Positions 37,331 through 50,020 of a stretch of 64,000 nucleotides of DNA are shown here, piece after piece. A model generated the notes under the pieces. It was not told the DNA's origin, searched no databases, and saw only the letters and a program-made list of their open reading frames with translations. The stretch's first letter is position 1. The number at the start of each line of letters is the position of its first letter. Where the stretch lies: positions 15,934,001 to 15,998,000 of the forward strand of contig NC_043017.1 in NCBI RefSeq assembly GCF_006345805.1. The letters are read 5' to 3'. This DNA is from Octopus sinensis. Taxonomy: Eukaryota. A program made the position numbers and the translations under genes.

Positions 37331-38536
37331 ACAAATCCCAACCATTGGCTGGGTTCATCTTTACAGTTGACCCCACCCCCACCATCTGCCATTAGCAAGT
37401 TTGGGCAAGCCGTGTCCCCCTATCTAATAGTTATGGTGGGAGAAGTTGTGTGGTGGATGAGGTTGAAAGGATTGGAGACAGGGACACCTTCCTCTTTTCT
37501 GACACCCTCATTGACCTTTAAAAGTTAGAAAGGGAGGGTGGAGAGGAATGTGCCCTTTCTCTCACTGAATTTGTGAAAAGATGGGTAACTGTGGTAAAAA
37601 TGGCTGGGATCAATGGACCTTTTCTGGTTATGGTTGGAGATTGGAGAAAAAATAGTTGGGCAAGAGTTTGTGTCCTTCATTGTTAAGGTACACCTGGATC
37701 TGTGGGTGTTCCATTATTGGCCCCTGTTGGAGGCTCTCCTGTATTAGGAGGGATTATATCATGTGTGCACATATTTTAACAAATACCATTCACAGCTTTC
37801 ATCTCCTCCTCTCCCTTCATCATTTACATAACCCCAACTCCCACAAATTCTATGCCCTTGTTTTGTCCCCTTCATCAGATTCCCCTGTGGCAAATCAAAG
37901 AAATATCAGTTTTATAAATATTAGATGTTGAGTAATGGAAGAAGGAGTTCAAAACAAAAATAGATTATTTTTATTATAAGACAGTAGAGATTTATGGAGG
38001 TTTTGGCTGCTGTTTCTAGCAAATTTAAGCAACTACATTGAAGCTTTTCCTCTTAGCTTGGAGATTTAATTACTATACTTAAATCTCTGATTAAGTCAAA
38101 CTAGTAATTCTTTTGCAATTAGTAAACCATCAAAACCATAAACAAGTTTTACATAGCAACACTCTGTTGTGGCAGTGGGGATGGGGGGGTGACGGTGACG
38201 GGGATGGTGGTGGTGGTGATTGTGGTGGTGATATTTTTCCTTTTCATAAAAAAAAAATTATCTTTTAATAATAAGTTTGTTGTATTATGTTAGTTTTGAA
38301 AAACCGGTTTCTTTTTTTTTTTGCTGACAGAAAACTGAAGCCAACCACACCCACAAACGAAGTGTGTGTGTGTGTTTGGTGAATTGGGAATTGTCCGTCT
38401 GTCCATCTTACATATACCCACATACTATTTCATGCTTTCACCACCATTTTACATCCACTTTCCCTGCTGGCATGAGTTGGACATGTCATGGCAATCAAAG
38501 TCAGTGCTTATTTGGAGCAACTCTCATCCCAGACTG

Positions 38537-38597
38537 GTCTCACTCAAACCGTGTCTCACTCAAACCGTGTCTCACTCAAACCGTGTCTCACTCAAAC
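38537..38597. repeat. 16 bp tandem repeat x3.8
   Basis: GTCTCACTCAAACCGT units start at 38537, 38553, 38569 and 38585 (partial). Confidence 0.9.
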
Positions 38598-38689
38598 ACT
38601 CCATTCTCTGTCTGCCTGTCTGTCCGTGTGTGTCTCTCTCTCTCTTGGAGTTCTGGTTCTTTCTTGAACCAACACATTTTCAAATCAAA

Positions 38690-39090
38690 GGCACAGGTGT
38701 AGCTTGTAGTAAGAAGTTTGCTTCCCAACCACATGGTTCTGGGTTCAGTCCCACTGCATGGCACCCTGGGCAAGTGTCTTCTACTACAGCCTTGGGCCAA
38801 TCAAAGCCTTGTGAGTGCATATGGTAGGCGGAAACTGAAAGAAGCCCATCGTTTATGTATGTGTGTGTGTCTGTGTTTGTCCCCCATAACCACTCATCAA
38901 CTGGTGTTGGTATATTTACATCCCCATAACTTGGCGTTTCAGCAAAAAAAAAAAATTAACACAATAAGTACCAAGCTTTAAAAAAAGAAAGAAAGAAAAG
39001 AAACTCGTGGATCCATTCACCTGAAATTCTTCAAGGTAGTGCCCCAGCATGGCCACAGTCTAATGTGTGAAACATGTAAAAGATAAAAGA
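38690..39090 (+). mobile_element. SINE family A
   Basis: tRNA head, CCCTGGGCAAGTGTCTTCTACTACAGCC core and tail all match family A. Confidence 0.8.
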
Positions 39091-39413
39091 CAGTGTCTGG
39101 TTTAGAACGGCAGACATTGATTGGTGATGTTATAGTGATGTAGGGGACAGATGTAGGGGACAGATGTAGGGTGTGCAAAGAATTTATAGTGATGTAGGGA
39201 ACAGATTGAAGGTGGAGAGTGAGAGAGAGAGAGAGAGAGGTTGCACTAAGTCTTGTAGACATTCCTTTCTTTCTGTTGGTGTGGGAACTGTGACTGTGAA
39301 TAACTCCTGAGTACCTCATGGCACTCAGGAGTACCATGGCACTCTGGAGAAATGGGAAAGAGTACTCAGAAGATCTTGTTCTACAGAATATATGCAATGG
39401 AATATGTCTACTA

Positions 39414-39456
<43 letters not shown>

Positions 39457-39886
39457 AAGACGTAGACACTGCTATACGCACATACAGGGTTTCATTGTAA
39501 TTGGTTTACTAATTAGTAAATTAAATAATGATTTGATAAATACATGACTGATTAAATAATTTCTGTACGATTGATGACTAATTGGTTAATTTGATTGCAA
39601 TGAATCAGAAGCGAAGATCTTTGGTTTTGCTAACCGGTTGCCTGGCTTACTACCCCCACCCCTCTCCTCACTCTCAGTTTATTAACAGCCCCCTCCCCAC
39701 CACCACCACCACATGGTCCTTTGGTACCTTTGTGAAACTTCATTCTATTACAATCATTCACGGCAGAACCTGGCATGGTTTTGCTGCTAAAATCTCACCG
39801 ATCTCGAGAGAGGTTCTGGTTAAAAGGGTGAGGGGTGGGGATGGATTGTCCAATGCAAGTTTGCCACAGATTCCTCCACACACTGG

Positions 39887-40115
39887 CATATTGTGGTGTT
39901 CTGTCCTTCCATAGTTATACTCCACATTCACCCACCAGGTAACACATTGTGCTGTTATGTCCTTCCATAGTTTTATCCCACATTCTACAAGGTGAGACAT
40001 TGTGCTGTTCTGTCTTCCCATAGATTTACCTCATATTCAAACCATAATGTAATACAATATGGTATTCTGTCCTTCCATAGTTTTACCTCAATCCCTTTAA
40101 CCACAAGGTGACAAT
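39887..40115. repeat. Minisatellite, about 55-57 bp x4, diverged
   Basis: The unit core TTCTGTCCTTCCATAGTT recurs at spacings of about 55-57 bp. Confidence 0.8.
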
Positions 40116-40541
40116 AAGGGATTCTTCTAACTACACTACTCAAGTCCACCAAATAAAAGGACCCCAAATATTTCCTTATTGTTCTTTCTTTACCCTGCGG
40201 CGATTCTTGTCGCTTCCTAAATCTTTTAATCTCTTCCTGTTGAGCCCCTACTACTACTACTGCTACTACTACTACTACTACTACACACCACGCAGCCATC
40301 ATTGATTTAGTACTTAAACATGGTGAGTTCGTTATTATTCTGTGTTTTCTTGTTTTATTCCAGAAAATACTGCACAATCTTCCCTCTTTTACTCACCTTA
40401 TTGCATCTTACACCTCCTAACTCCATTATATATACATTTAGCTGTTTCTTTTTATCTTTCTCTCTCTCTCTCTCTCCCTCTCCCTGTGTATATATTTACA
40501 TACTTCTGTGCACTTTTATCTGTTCATCTGGCTCTCACTGC

Positions 40542-40636
<95 letters not shown>

Positions 40637-41125
40637 CACACACACACACACACATACATACATATATATATATACATCTGCCTTTCCGCCAATATGGCTT
40701 ATATTACCAAAGTGCAGCGGAACCCTCAATGCCCTCCACCAATAACAATTTAATCGACAGGACCCGTTTGTAGCAGGGGTTTGATTCCTTCAGCAACTCC
40801 CATTTTTGATATCTCCATCCCTCTGTCCTTACAAATACACAACTGATGTCAGGCTTGCCCAAAAACTAACGCCATGCTGTTTCTGTCTGTGTGTCCTACA
40901 CTACAACACACAAGGTACCGCAGAACCCCAGTATAGATAGTGGTACAGTGTATTCACTACCATTGTATGACCGTACCTCAAAACGCTATAGTTATAGTTA
41001 CAATAGCACCACAGCCGTGTACCTCAGTACCTCCGTCTCGATCCTTGGTCTGCATTATTGTATCAACTTCAATATGGAATGTCTTACGCTTTGATGTCAT
41101 CTTATGTGGCTGTGTCCATCACAAG

Positions 41126-41191
<66 letters not shown>

Positions 41192-41975
41192 ATACACACA
41201 CGCATACATTTTGCTGACATCATAAGAATTTATAAACTTTGGGGCAATGTGAAATAATTTCTTTATTGGAACAGTGAACCTTGTAGCAAATGAAGCTATG
41301 AATAATCTATAAGGCACAAGGCCTAAAATATTTTTTGGGGTCAGGGCTAGCCAATTAAATAAACCCCATTACTCAACTGGTATTTTATCAACTCTGAAAG
41401 AATGAAAGGTAATGTTGACCTCAGCAGAATTTGAACTCAGAACATGATGATGAATGGGATGCCACAAAGTACTTTGTCCAGCATGGAAATGTTGGGTTAA
41501 GAAAACCCTCTTGGAAAAAAAAAAAGCCAAAGGCTGTCTGTTGGACTTGAACCCACATCTTCTGTAGACATGACAGATGTTCTACCATTGGACCAAAGCA
41601 ATCTTTCCAGTTTCTCAATCCATTTTAGAAAGTCTATTTTTACTAGCAAGAATTGTCTGTTGTTTGATGTCTTATAAACTTTTGAGGGAATGAGAAATAA
41701 TTATCTGAAGTGTTTGGCGTTAGGGATGGCCTGCGGTCAGTGGAGGCAGGCCTAAACAGTGGCCAGACTAACAAGACAGGGTCCCAGACTCACAAGGGGT
41801 AGTAACTCTGTATAAGAATTGACTCGGGCCATAGCAAGCCATGGAAAGGGGCTGTAAAATGATACTGATGATGGTCATGATCCTCCGTGCGTGTGTCTTG
41901 TATAAAAACCTTGTGCTTCCATAATACCAAAATGACCCTTATGTCATTTGTAGGGTAAATTTCTATAATGTACAG

Positions 41976-42007
<32 letters not shown>

Positions 42008-42749
42008 GTGTCTGTGTGTCTACACACATATTTAAATAATATATATATATATGTATGTACATCTTTCTATCTGTGTATGTGTGTACACACTGCATGTATA
42101 AAAGGACTTGTATGGAGTCGTAACTAATATTTGTATATTCTTATCATTTGCAGCATAAAGCCTGTATTTAATGAGCAGATTGCATGTGTGTGTGTGTGTG
42201 TGTGTGCATGTGTATACACGCACACACATATACACTGTATGTATATTTACATAATATGTATAAGAGTATGTGTATACACTCATAATTGATGTTTGTGTTT
42301 TATTGTTGTTATCCAGCAGAAAGTATATATTTAATGATCAGTTAGATTTTGTGTGTGTGTGTGTATATATATATATCCACACATACATATGTATATATTC
42401 TTTTATAAGCTTCAGCCCTAAGGTTATGGCCTATCATCCTGTAATGTCCCTTTTTCTTCATGCTGGTATGTGTGTTGGATGGTTTGACAAGAACAGACAA
42501 GCCAAGGGTTCTGCCAGATTATAAATCTGTTTTGGCAGACTTTCTGCAGCTGGATGCTGCCCTTCCTAACACCAATCCCTCAACTACATGGCACCAGCAC
42601 CAGTGAGGTCACCAAGTCCCTGCAAGATAAGATCCCCCAACTGCTGAGCAGGGCATAGACTGGAGGAGTAAAAAAAAACTATAATAGGGAGGGAGAAGAG
42701 CCGGTCCATTGGTGGAGTGGTGAAGGCATTGGTCTGGCACTTTGCTGGT

Positions 42750-43045
42750 CATTGATGGCGAGAGTTCCAGCTGATTCAATCAATGGGACAGCTTGCTCGT
42801 GAAATTAACATGCAAGTGGCTGAGTGCTCCACAGACACGTGTAACCCTTAATGTAGTTCACAGGGAGATTCAGTGTGACACAGAATGTGACAACACTGGC
42901 CCCTTGTGAATTACAGGTACAACTCGTTTTTGCCAGCTGAGTGGACTGGAGCAACATGAAATGAAATGTCTTGCTCAAGGACACAACCTGTGCTACGAAT
43001 CGAACTCACAACCTTACGACTGTGTCCTGAATACCCCTGACCACC
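42750..43045 (-). mobile_element. SINE family D variant ending about 95 bp upstream of the exon acceptor
   Basis: Same body and tRNA-like head as 35635-35940. Confidence 0.8.
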
Positions 43046-43141
43046 AAACCACACACGCACATTGTTTGTATGTATAATGTGTATGCAAGCATGCGTTTTA
43101 AACATCACTTGCACCTGATGTTGTTGTTCTTGTTGTTTCAG

Positions 43142-43376
43142 CACAAGGTGTGTTTCAGTGACCAGATCAGCACCTTACATGACTATCCATCGGAGGAAGT
43201 GATGCTGGAACATTATCTCCTGGAACATCCGGAAGAGAGGAATGAGCTGCTATTACTGGAAGGCCATGGTCTTGATGGAATGAACGAATCCACCGATGAC
43301 GGCTCGGAATCTGATGACAGCAGCCCTGTCAGTCCTGATGACGGAATGAGATCAAACTTGGCTTTATCTTCAACAG
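43142..43376 (+). CDS. TPRN: Penultimate coding exon of a taperin/phostensin (TPRN/PPP1R18)-family PP1-binding protein
   Basis: Acceptor ttgttgtttcAG ends at 43141 (phase 0). Donor CAG|GTGAGT starts at 43377 (phase 1). Translation: HKVCFSDQISTLHDYPSEEVMLEHY...acidic tract...LALSST-G. KVCF fits the RVxF PP1-docking consensus, and KVCFS..ISTLHDYPSE mirrors taperin/phostensin KISF...TT(F/Y)(E/Q)YPSE as recalled. The symbol denotes the family; orthology is not tested. Confidence 0.85.
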
Positions 43377-44544
43377 GTGAGTAACCCACAGCTTTTCATC
43401 TCCCGCCTCTTTCCTTAATTAGCGATCATTAATTGCTATTAGTGTTGCTCTTCTTTTTGTTGTTGTTATTGTTTAGTCTTGAGTCATCGTGATCAAGCAG
43501 GCTTATTTGCTCAGACACTCCATCCACGACCCTCTCATCATTTAGCCAGTATTTCTAAGATTACATCATTTCATGTTATCCTTCCTGTTTTAACACAGTT
43601 GTGGGCATGATAGCTTTGAGGGGAATTTGGTTGCTATTTCTAGCAGCTTCAACAGTCAATTAATGGCTCAATTAGCTTTGCTGTTATTGGTATTGCTAAT
43701 GATGATGATGATGATGTTAAAGTTTTATCATTTAGTCCTAGAGATGAAAATACTTTCCTCTCCTTAATAGAAATGATGGTGGTGGTGGTGGTGGTAGTAA
43801 TATTCCTTTTCTACTGTTCAAACTAAAAGTCTAATTCTCCCCAGTCACACCCTACAGTCTTTATATGCATATAAGGCACAGGTGTGGCTGTGTGGTAAGA
43901 AGCTTGCTTCCCAACCACATGGTTCCAGGCTCAGTCCTACTGCAGTCCCACCTTGAGCAAATTTTTTCTACTATAGCCTCAGGCCAACCAAAAATCTGTA
44001 TTATCTTGCTCAGCCCTCCACCCTGGACTATCCTCTTAGATTTGCACCCTAGAGAGGTCACTCAAAGTCAGAATTCCTTAACCTCTCAAAACCGGACTCA
44101 GTTTCACAACTAATTGTCAGTGTTTTTCTAAACCTGTTCTGACAAGCCTCTCTTGTGGCTGTAGGGTTACATAATGGAACTAAATTGGTTATGTCAACCG
44201 CAAACCACTGGATGCTTAATTTGGCTGGTGATAGACAAACAGGTAGGCAGATGGGTGGACAGACCAGTGGGGACACAGCACGTCCAGAATGCAACAGTGT
44301 AGCACATAATTAGCCATTGCACGTCAGAGAAAAACTAACGACTAGATGTAGACTTGGCATTTCTCAAGTTTATTTTGGCTGACCACCCACAATGTTATAA
44401 GTCACGTCAGGGTCTATGAACTCTAGAGGTCATGGAATAACAACAACAATATCAATAACAGACATACAGAAACAGACTGGTCAGTGGGGAGAGAAAGAGA
44501 GAGAGATTAGGACATGTCCCTTTTAGGACCTGTTTAGCTTAGAA

Positions 44545-44790
44545 CATTGTTTCTCAACCATTTTTTAAATTATGGACCCCTTTTTATCTTGCTGGATCTT
44601 CATAGCCATTCAATGTTTTAAAAAAATCATATATTTTTTGGAATTAAATATAATTAAGAATTGTATAAAACTAATTACCAAAATACTTTGCATATTGCAG
44701 AAGTGTTAGCAATTTACTGCAGATAAATTCTGACAACAAAATCTTCTGTGGACCCTCAAGGGTCATGTGGGCCCCAGATGAGGACCACTG
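44545..44790. mobile_element. hAT-like MITE
   Basis: The ends CATTGTTTCTCAACC and GATGAGGACCACTG are imperfect inverted CAGTG.TTCTCAA-type termini, with GGACCCC subterminal motifs. No clean TSD. Confidence 0.5.
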
Positions 44791-47700
44791 CCTTGAGATA
44801 TGTTCACACTACACCACCCGTTGTATGTTGTAATGTCCAGTATGGTCTGTGACAGAGCGGACAGTGGAGGGAGAGAGAGAGATTGGGACATGTTCCAACT
44901 ATCACACTGCACCTCTCCACACCTGACCGGTCATTAGCTGGATAGAGGTCAGAGGTATCCTACAGTCAGAAGTCAGGATTTTTGACTACCTACAACACCT
45001 TAAGTCTGCTTAATCAGGATTAGCCTAGGGTTAAACAACAACAACAACTGTGAGCTTCGTTAATATTGAGTTTCATGTTTGTTGTAAATGAAATAATTGG
45101 ATGAACAAGGTGTCATGTGACTGTTTTATAGGGGTGGGAAGTGGGTGTGGGTTGGGGTGATCGTGTGGTCAAGTGGTTTGTATCTTATTGTTTTGTCTTC
45201 AAAATTCCTTTGCAAAAATAGTCTTTGACTCTCTAGCGTTTGTCTCTTTATTGAATTCTTTCTTGTTCAATTCCATTGAATATTTCCACATTCTTTCTGC
45301 CAACAAGACACAAATTCTTTGCTATTTTCCAAACAAGATTTTCAAGGAATCCCTTCCATTATATTTTATTGTCTTTTACTTTCTTCATTCTCTTGTTTCT
45401 TCCATCCAGAATAATTCTTGTTCAGTCAATGAGGATAAATGTAGAGAAATATTTCTGTAAAATAGGAAAGAAAAAAACAAAGCTTTCTTACCATCAAATG
45501 TAAAATGTATTTAAACAATTCGGTTCAGATATAATTTAATGCTTTTCTTCAATGTTAACAAAAATGTCCCCCTGGAGAAGAAATAGTCCCCTTTATAGAC
45601 TTCACTTCTCTCATCTGACACATGTATGAAAATTGTAGCAAAGATGTTGCTTCCTCGATAATTCCTCTTTTTCTCTGTTATTGTTGAAAAAAAATATATT
45701 CCATTCCAACAATAATCTTGGTTTCTAGAAAAGTACAAAAAAAAGTTGTTTCTTTATATTTTCTCTTCTCCAACAATTTCCATGGCCACATCCTTCATTA
45801 CTGGACTCTGTGATCTGACGAGTTAATAATTTAATTATTGATGTTTGTTGGTTTTTAATTGCAGAGTTGGTTGATCAACAAAACCTTTGAAGCTATCAGT
45901 AAGTTTTAATCCAGCCTTGCCCATCCCTTCTTATCCATGGCCACCAACTAAACAGGAGAGAGGGGGAGACGTCCTTTCTAGCATTCACTCAATGACTGGC
46001 CTCACATTCTACAGCAGCAGTTGTTTGGCTTCATTTAAACCTGGCTTTCTACACACACACACACTTGTAGGTATGTGCATACATATGTATATATATGTAG
46101 GTGTGTGTTTATATATATATATATATATATGTATGTATATAAATAGATAGGTTTAAGAGACAGAATCACCCTCAAGCAACTCAATCATTAAATGACATTA
46201 TCCACAATAGGTACATATAGGACTAAATATTAAAATTATCAAAATTAATACCTTCAATTCTTATTTCAAATCATATACTTTTCTACGCGTGTTTCATGGC
46301 AACATATTCCTCAATATTACTGAAATAGAATGTCTCTAAATACAATACCATATTAAAAAGATTATATTGCCAATCTTCAGGTCTAGCATATATGAACTTA
46401 TTTTGCTAGTTACATCCTATATAAAGACATGACAAACTAAAATTATATAACTAGAAGTTGTTGGAATAATTTTTACTTTTGAAAATAATGAACAGAAATA
46501 TGAAATAAAAGTAGGAAAAAAGAAACGTTAACTTATCTGTATGGTAATTTTCTCTCCATGAATTAAACATGGCTACCAGCAATCGTATAATCCAACATTG
46601 AGAGCTACTTTTTGGAGGAGATAATTCTTATTAACATTTAAAAATTTATTATTTATCAAAGTTAATATATAAATAAAATAAATTAACCAAGAAAAAAAAA
46701 AAGAAAAAAGACTCTTCCCATCATACACTCACTTCTAGCTTCTATTTATTTGTTATTATAACAGAAAATACCTGGCAACTTGGTTTGGTTAATTTTAATG
46801 GATGGGCAACAACATATGCATATGTGTGTGTGTGTGTGAATTGATACACATGTGGCATACATATCCACATATATATATATATATATCAATATTTAACGTC
46901 CATTGTCCATGCTGGCATGGGTTGGACAGTGTGACCGGAGCTGGCACCTGGGGAGCTGCCCCACACTCCAGTCTGCTTGGACATGGTTTCCGCGGCTGGA
47001 TACCCTTCCTAACACCAACCACTTTACAGAGTGTGCTGGGTGCTTATACGTGGTACCACACAAGCGCTTTTATGTGGCACTGCACAGGTGCTTTTGCATG
47101 GCACCCCACAGGGACACACAGACATGCAGTGAAACCTCAGTTTATGGATTTGATTCATTCCTGGAAGCCATTCATAAACCAAAAGTATTTATTTCTATTG
47201 GAGATTCAATAGAATGCATGGGGAGTTCAAGCCAGGAAGTGCACCGAATGCAAGCAAAACGGTAAATGATGCTCTTGCGGCAGCTTGGTGCCAACCATTG
47301 TTCATGGCTTGCATCTCCGTCACCCAAGATATTTTATGTTGAAAAAGTTGTTTGTAAACTGGTTTGTTTTTGGTAAGAGACATTTGTAAAGCAAGGCTGC
47401 ACTGTATATGCATGTGGCCATACACACACACACACACACACACATATAATACACACGTGTATGTATACATGTTAGTGACATTACATGTAAGGCTGCCTCT
47501 GCATCTGTGTCCACATACATGAGTGTGTGTGTATGTATAAAACATGTATGTGTGTAATCCAACATGTAGCTATATTGTCTCACGCACTCTACATGATGCA
47601 TACTCAACATGTATACCATGTCTACACATGCAGCATACCCTGTTCTATATGATCCCATGTAGTAAGTCACTGTTATACTTCATGTTGATTCCCATGTTTC

Positions 47701-48333
47701 GCTGAACTCAGTTACTGTCTACTTTGTGACCTCCATGAACTGTGCACTTCACTACCTACATACAGTACACACTTCCTCCATGTTTACCTCTGTGTGTGTG
47801 TGTGTGTGCGTGCGTGCGTATGTGTGAGTTTGCTTTTATCTGTGGGTGATAGATACATATATCTATAGGCAGCTTATACTTCATATAAGTTATGTACATA
47901 CACACACATAAACATCTGTATATCTATATGTGTGTGTGTGTGTATATAGTAAAATCGATAAAAAGATTGCAGTGAATTTGCTGTAGGGAGAGGAAAATCC
48001 AACATTTCAGACAGATTCTTTCTTCAGAAGAAAAGTTGAAAGGAGAGAAACTCTTGAGAAAAAGCAGAGTTTAACATCCTCTTAGAAAAACTGGCAACAG
48101 TAAATTCCCTGCAGTCTTTTTGTTTATTTGTGTGTGTGTGTGTGTGCACATACACATGCATATATACACAAATATATATGAGCCTGGTGCAGCCATCTGG
48201 TTTGTGAGTCCTCAGTGAAACCATCCAACCCATGCCAGCATGGAAAGCGGACGTTAAATGACAACGATGAGGATAATACACACACACACACATATATATA
48301 TACACACACACACACACCACACACACACACACA

Positions 48334-48428
<95 letters not shown>

Positions 48429-49269
48429 CAGCCCATCATTAGTCTCTTAGGGGTCTGATAATGTGTCTGTACACACACACACACATACACTTCTCTTTTT
48501 CCCAATGACAAAAGTGAACTCTGTCAAAAGTTCTGAATGATGGACATTGAAACTCCTCCATCAGCCAGTAATCAGTGTCCATTTCAAAGCTGACCATTGT
48601 AACTACTGTGACCAACCATTGACCAAACAGTCTGTTTATGCTAGAAGGATCGTCTCTCCTCTCCTCCACCGACACACGTAGTAGCATGTACTGAAAGCTG
48701 TCTTCTGCTTCAGTGTCACCCTCACCACCAAGAAACCCCTTTCTGTTTTGACCCCAACCCCCAGTTAGTCTTTACTGCATGTTTTTTCATTCTTTCTCTT
48801 CGTTCTGTCTTGTCTCTCCTAAAAAAATTTAAAAAAATAAAATATCCCCAAAAAACCGAAAATGGTAATTCACTCTGTGACATCTTCAGTTCTTCCTGAA
48901 GCATTCGTTTTCATTTTTCTTTCTTTTTTTGTCCAAAACTCTGCATGGTTCCGTTCTGTTGAATCAGTTTCCATTTGGCATCTCTCCACCCCACCCCTCT
49001 CTCTCTCTTTCTCTCTCCATCTGTATCAACAGACTCTACTGCCACTGCCGCCTTTTGTTAACACCACTTTCTGTTGCCATAGTAACTGTGTCAAAGTTAA
49101 TCATTGTTTAACAGTCTCTTTGAGATATATGTATGTATAATGCATATTATATATTACATAAACTATACATATATATAGTGTATATATATATATATATATA
49201 GTGTATGTGTGTATATATATATATAATGTCTGTACATATACACATACATGAATATACATTTTGCATGTG

Positions 49270-49300
<31 letters not shown>

Positions 49301-49699
49301 TATACATCATATAATACATAGAAAATGTTTTTTTGTTTGTTTTTTTTTCTTGGAGTCTGTCATGTTTCCTTCACCGAAGCTTCTGTCTTGAGATTGTGAT
49401 GCTTTCTTTCAAATTTCATCATCTTTTCAATTCTTTTCCAATTTCCATGAATTTGAAATGTTGCTTTAATTTGAAAATAAAATAACATCTGTTTGTTAGC
49501 TTTTTCTGTTTTTTTTGCCACAAATTCTTTCTCTTCTGCATGGTTCTGTTCCTGTTTTGTTTTTTGTTTTTTCTGAGATTGCTCCTTTCTAAGACCAATG
49601 TCGTATTTATTTTTGGATCTAATTGAAATTTTAAAATATTCCTTATCTACTGTTTTCCCAGACCCCAATGAAATCCCCAATTTTCCTCATCCTTCTTCT

Positions 49700-50020
49700 C
49701 TGCCCACTATACTTGAGAGGCTCACGGGGCTCGAGTCCTCAGATGACCTCCTCCATTGGCTCTTATTAGAAGCAATAATCATTCTACTTCCTGGCTGGAT
49801 TCCAAGATGCCACCGAGTCATGGATCTTATCCAACTATTTCATTCTTGGTCCACCTCGAAGTCTCCTGCCGGTTGGCTTAGCTTGAAGAATCCGTCTTTC
49901 AATTCTTTCTTGTACCAGAGTTGAGACCTCTCAATGAGTAGACATAAAAGCTCCAGCTGGGGCGATTTCCTGATTTCTGTGCAATGTAACCGGTCAAATA
50001 GTCTTACTTGTTAACCCAGA
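49700..50020 (-). mobile_element. RTE-clade LINE 3' fragment inside the host intron
   Basis: Minus strand reads QERIERRILQAKPTGRRLRGGPRMK.LDKIHD, matching the RTE R..L...P.GRR.RGRP...W.D pattern. Confidence 0.7.

Noticed and set aside
45170-45760. AT-rich stretch with a possible MULE-like TN.RES motif on the minus strand
   Set aside because: A single short motif among many stops is insufficient evidence.
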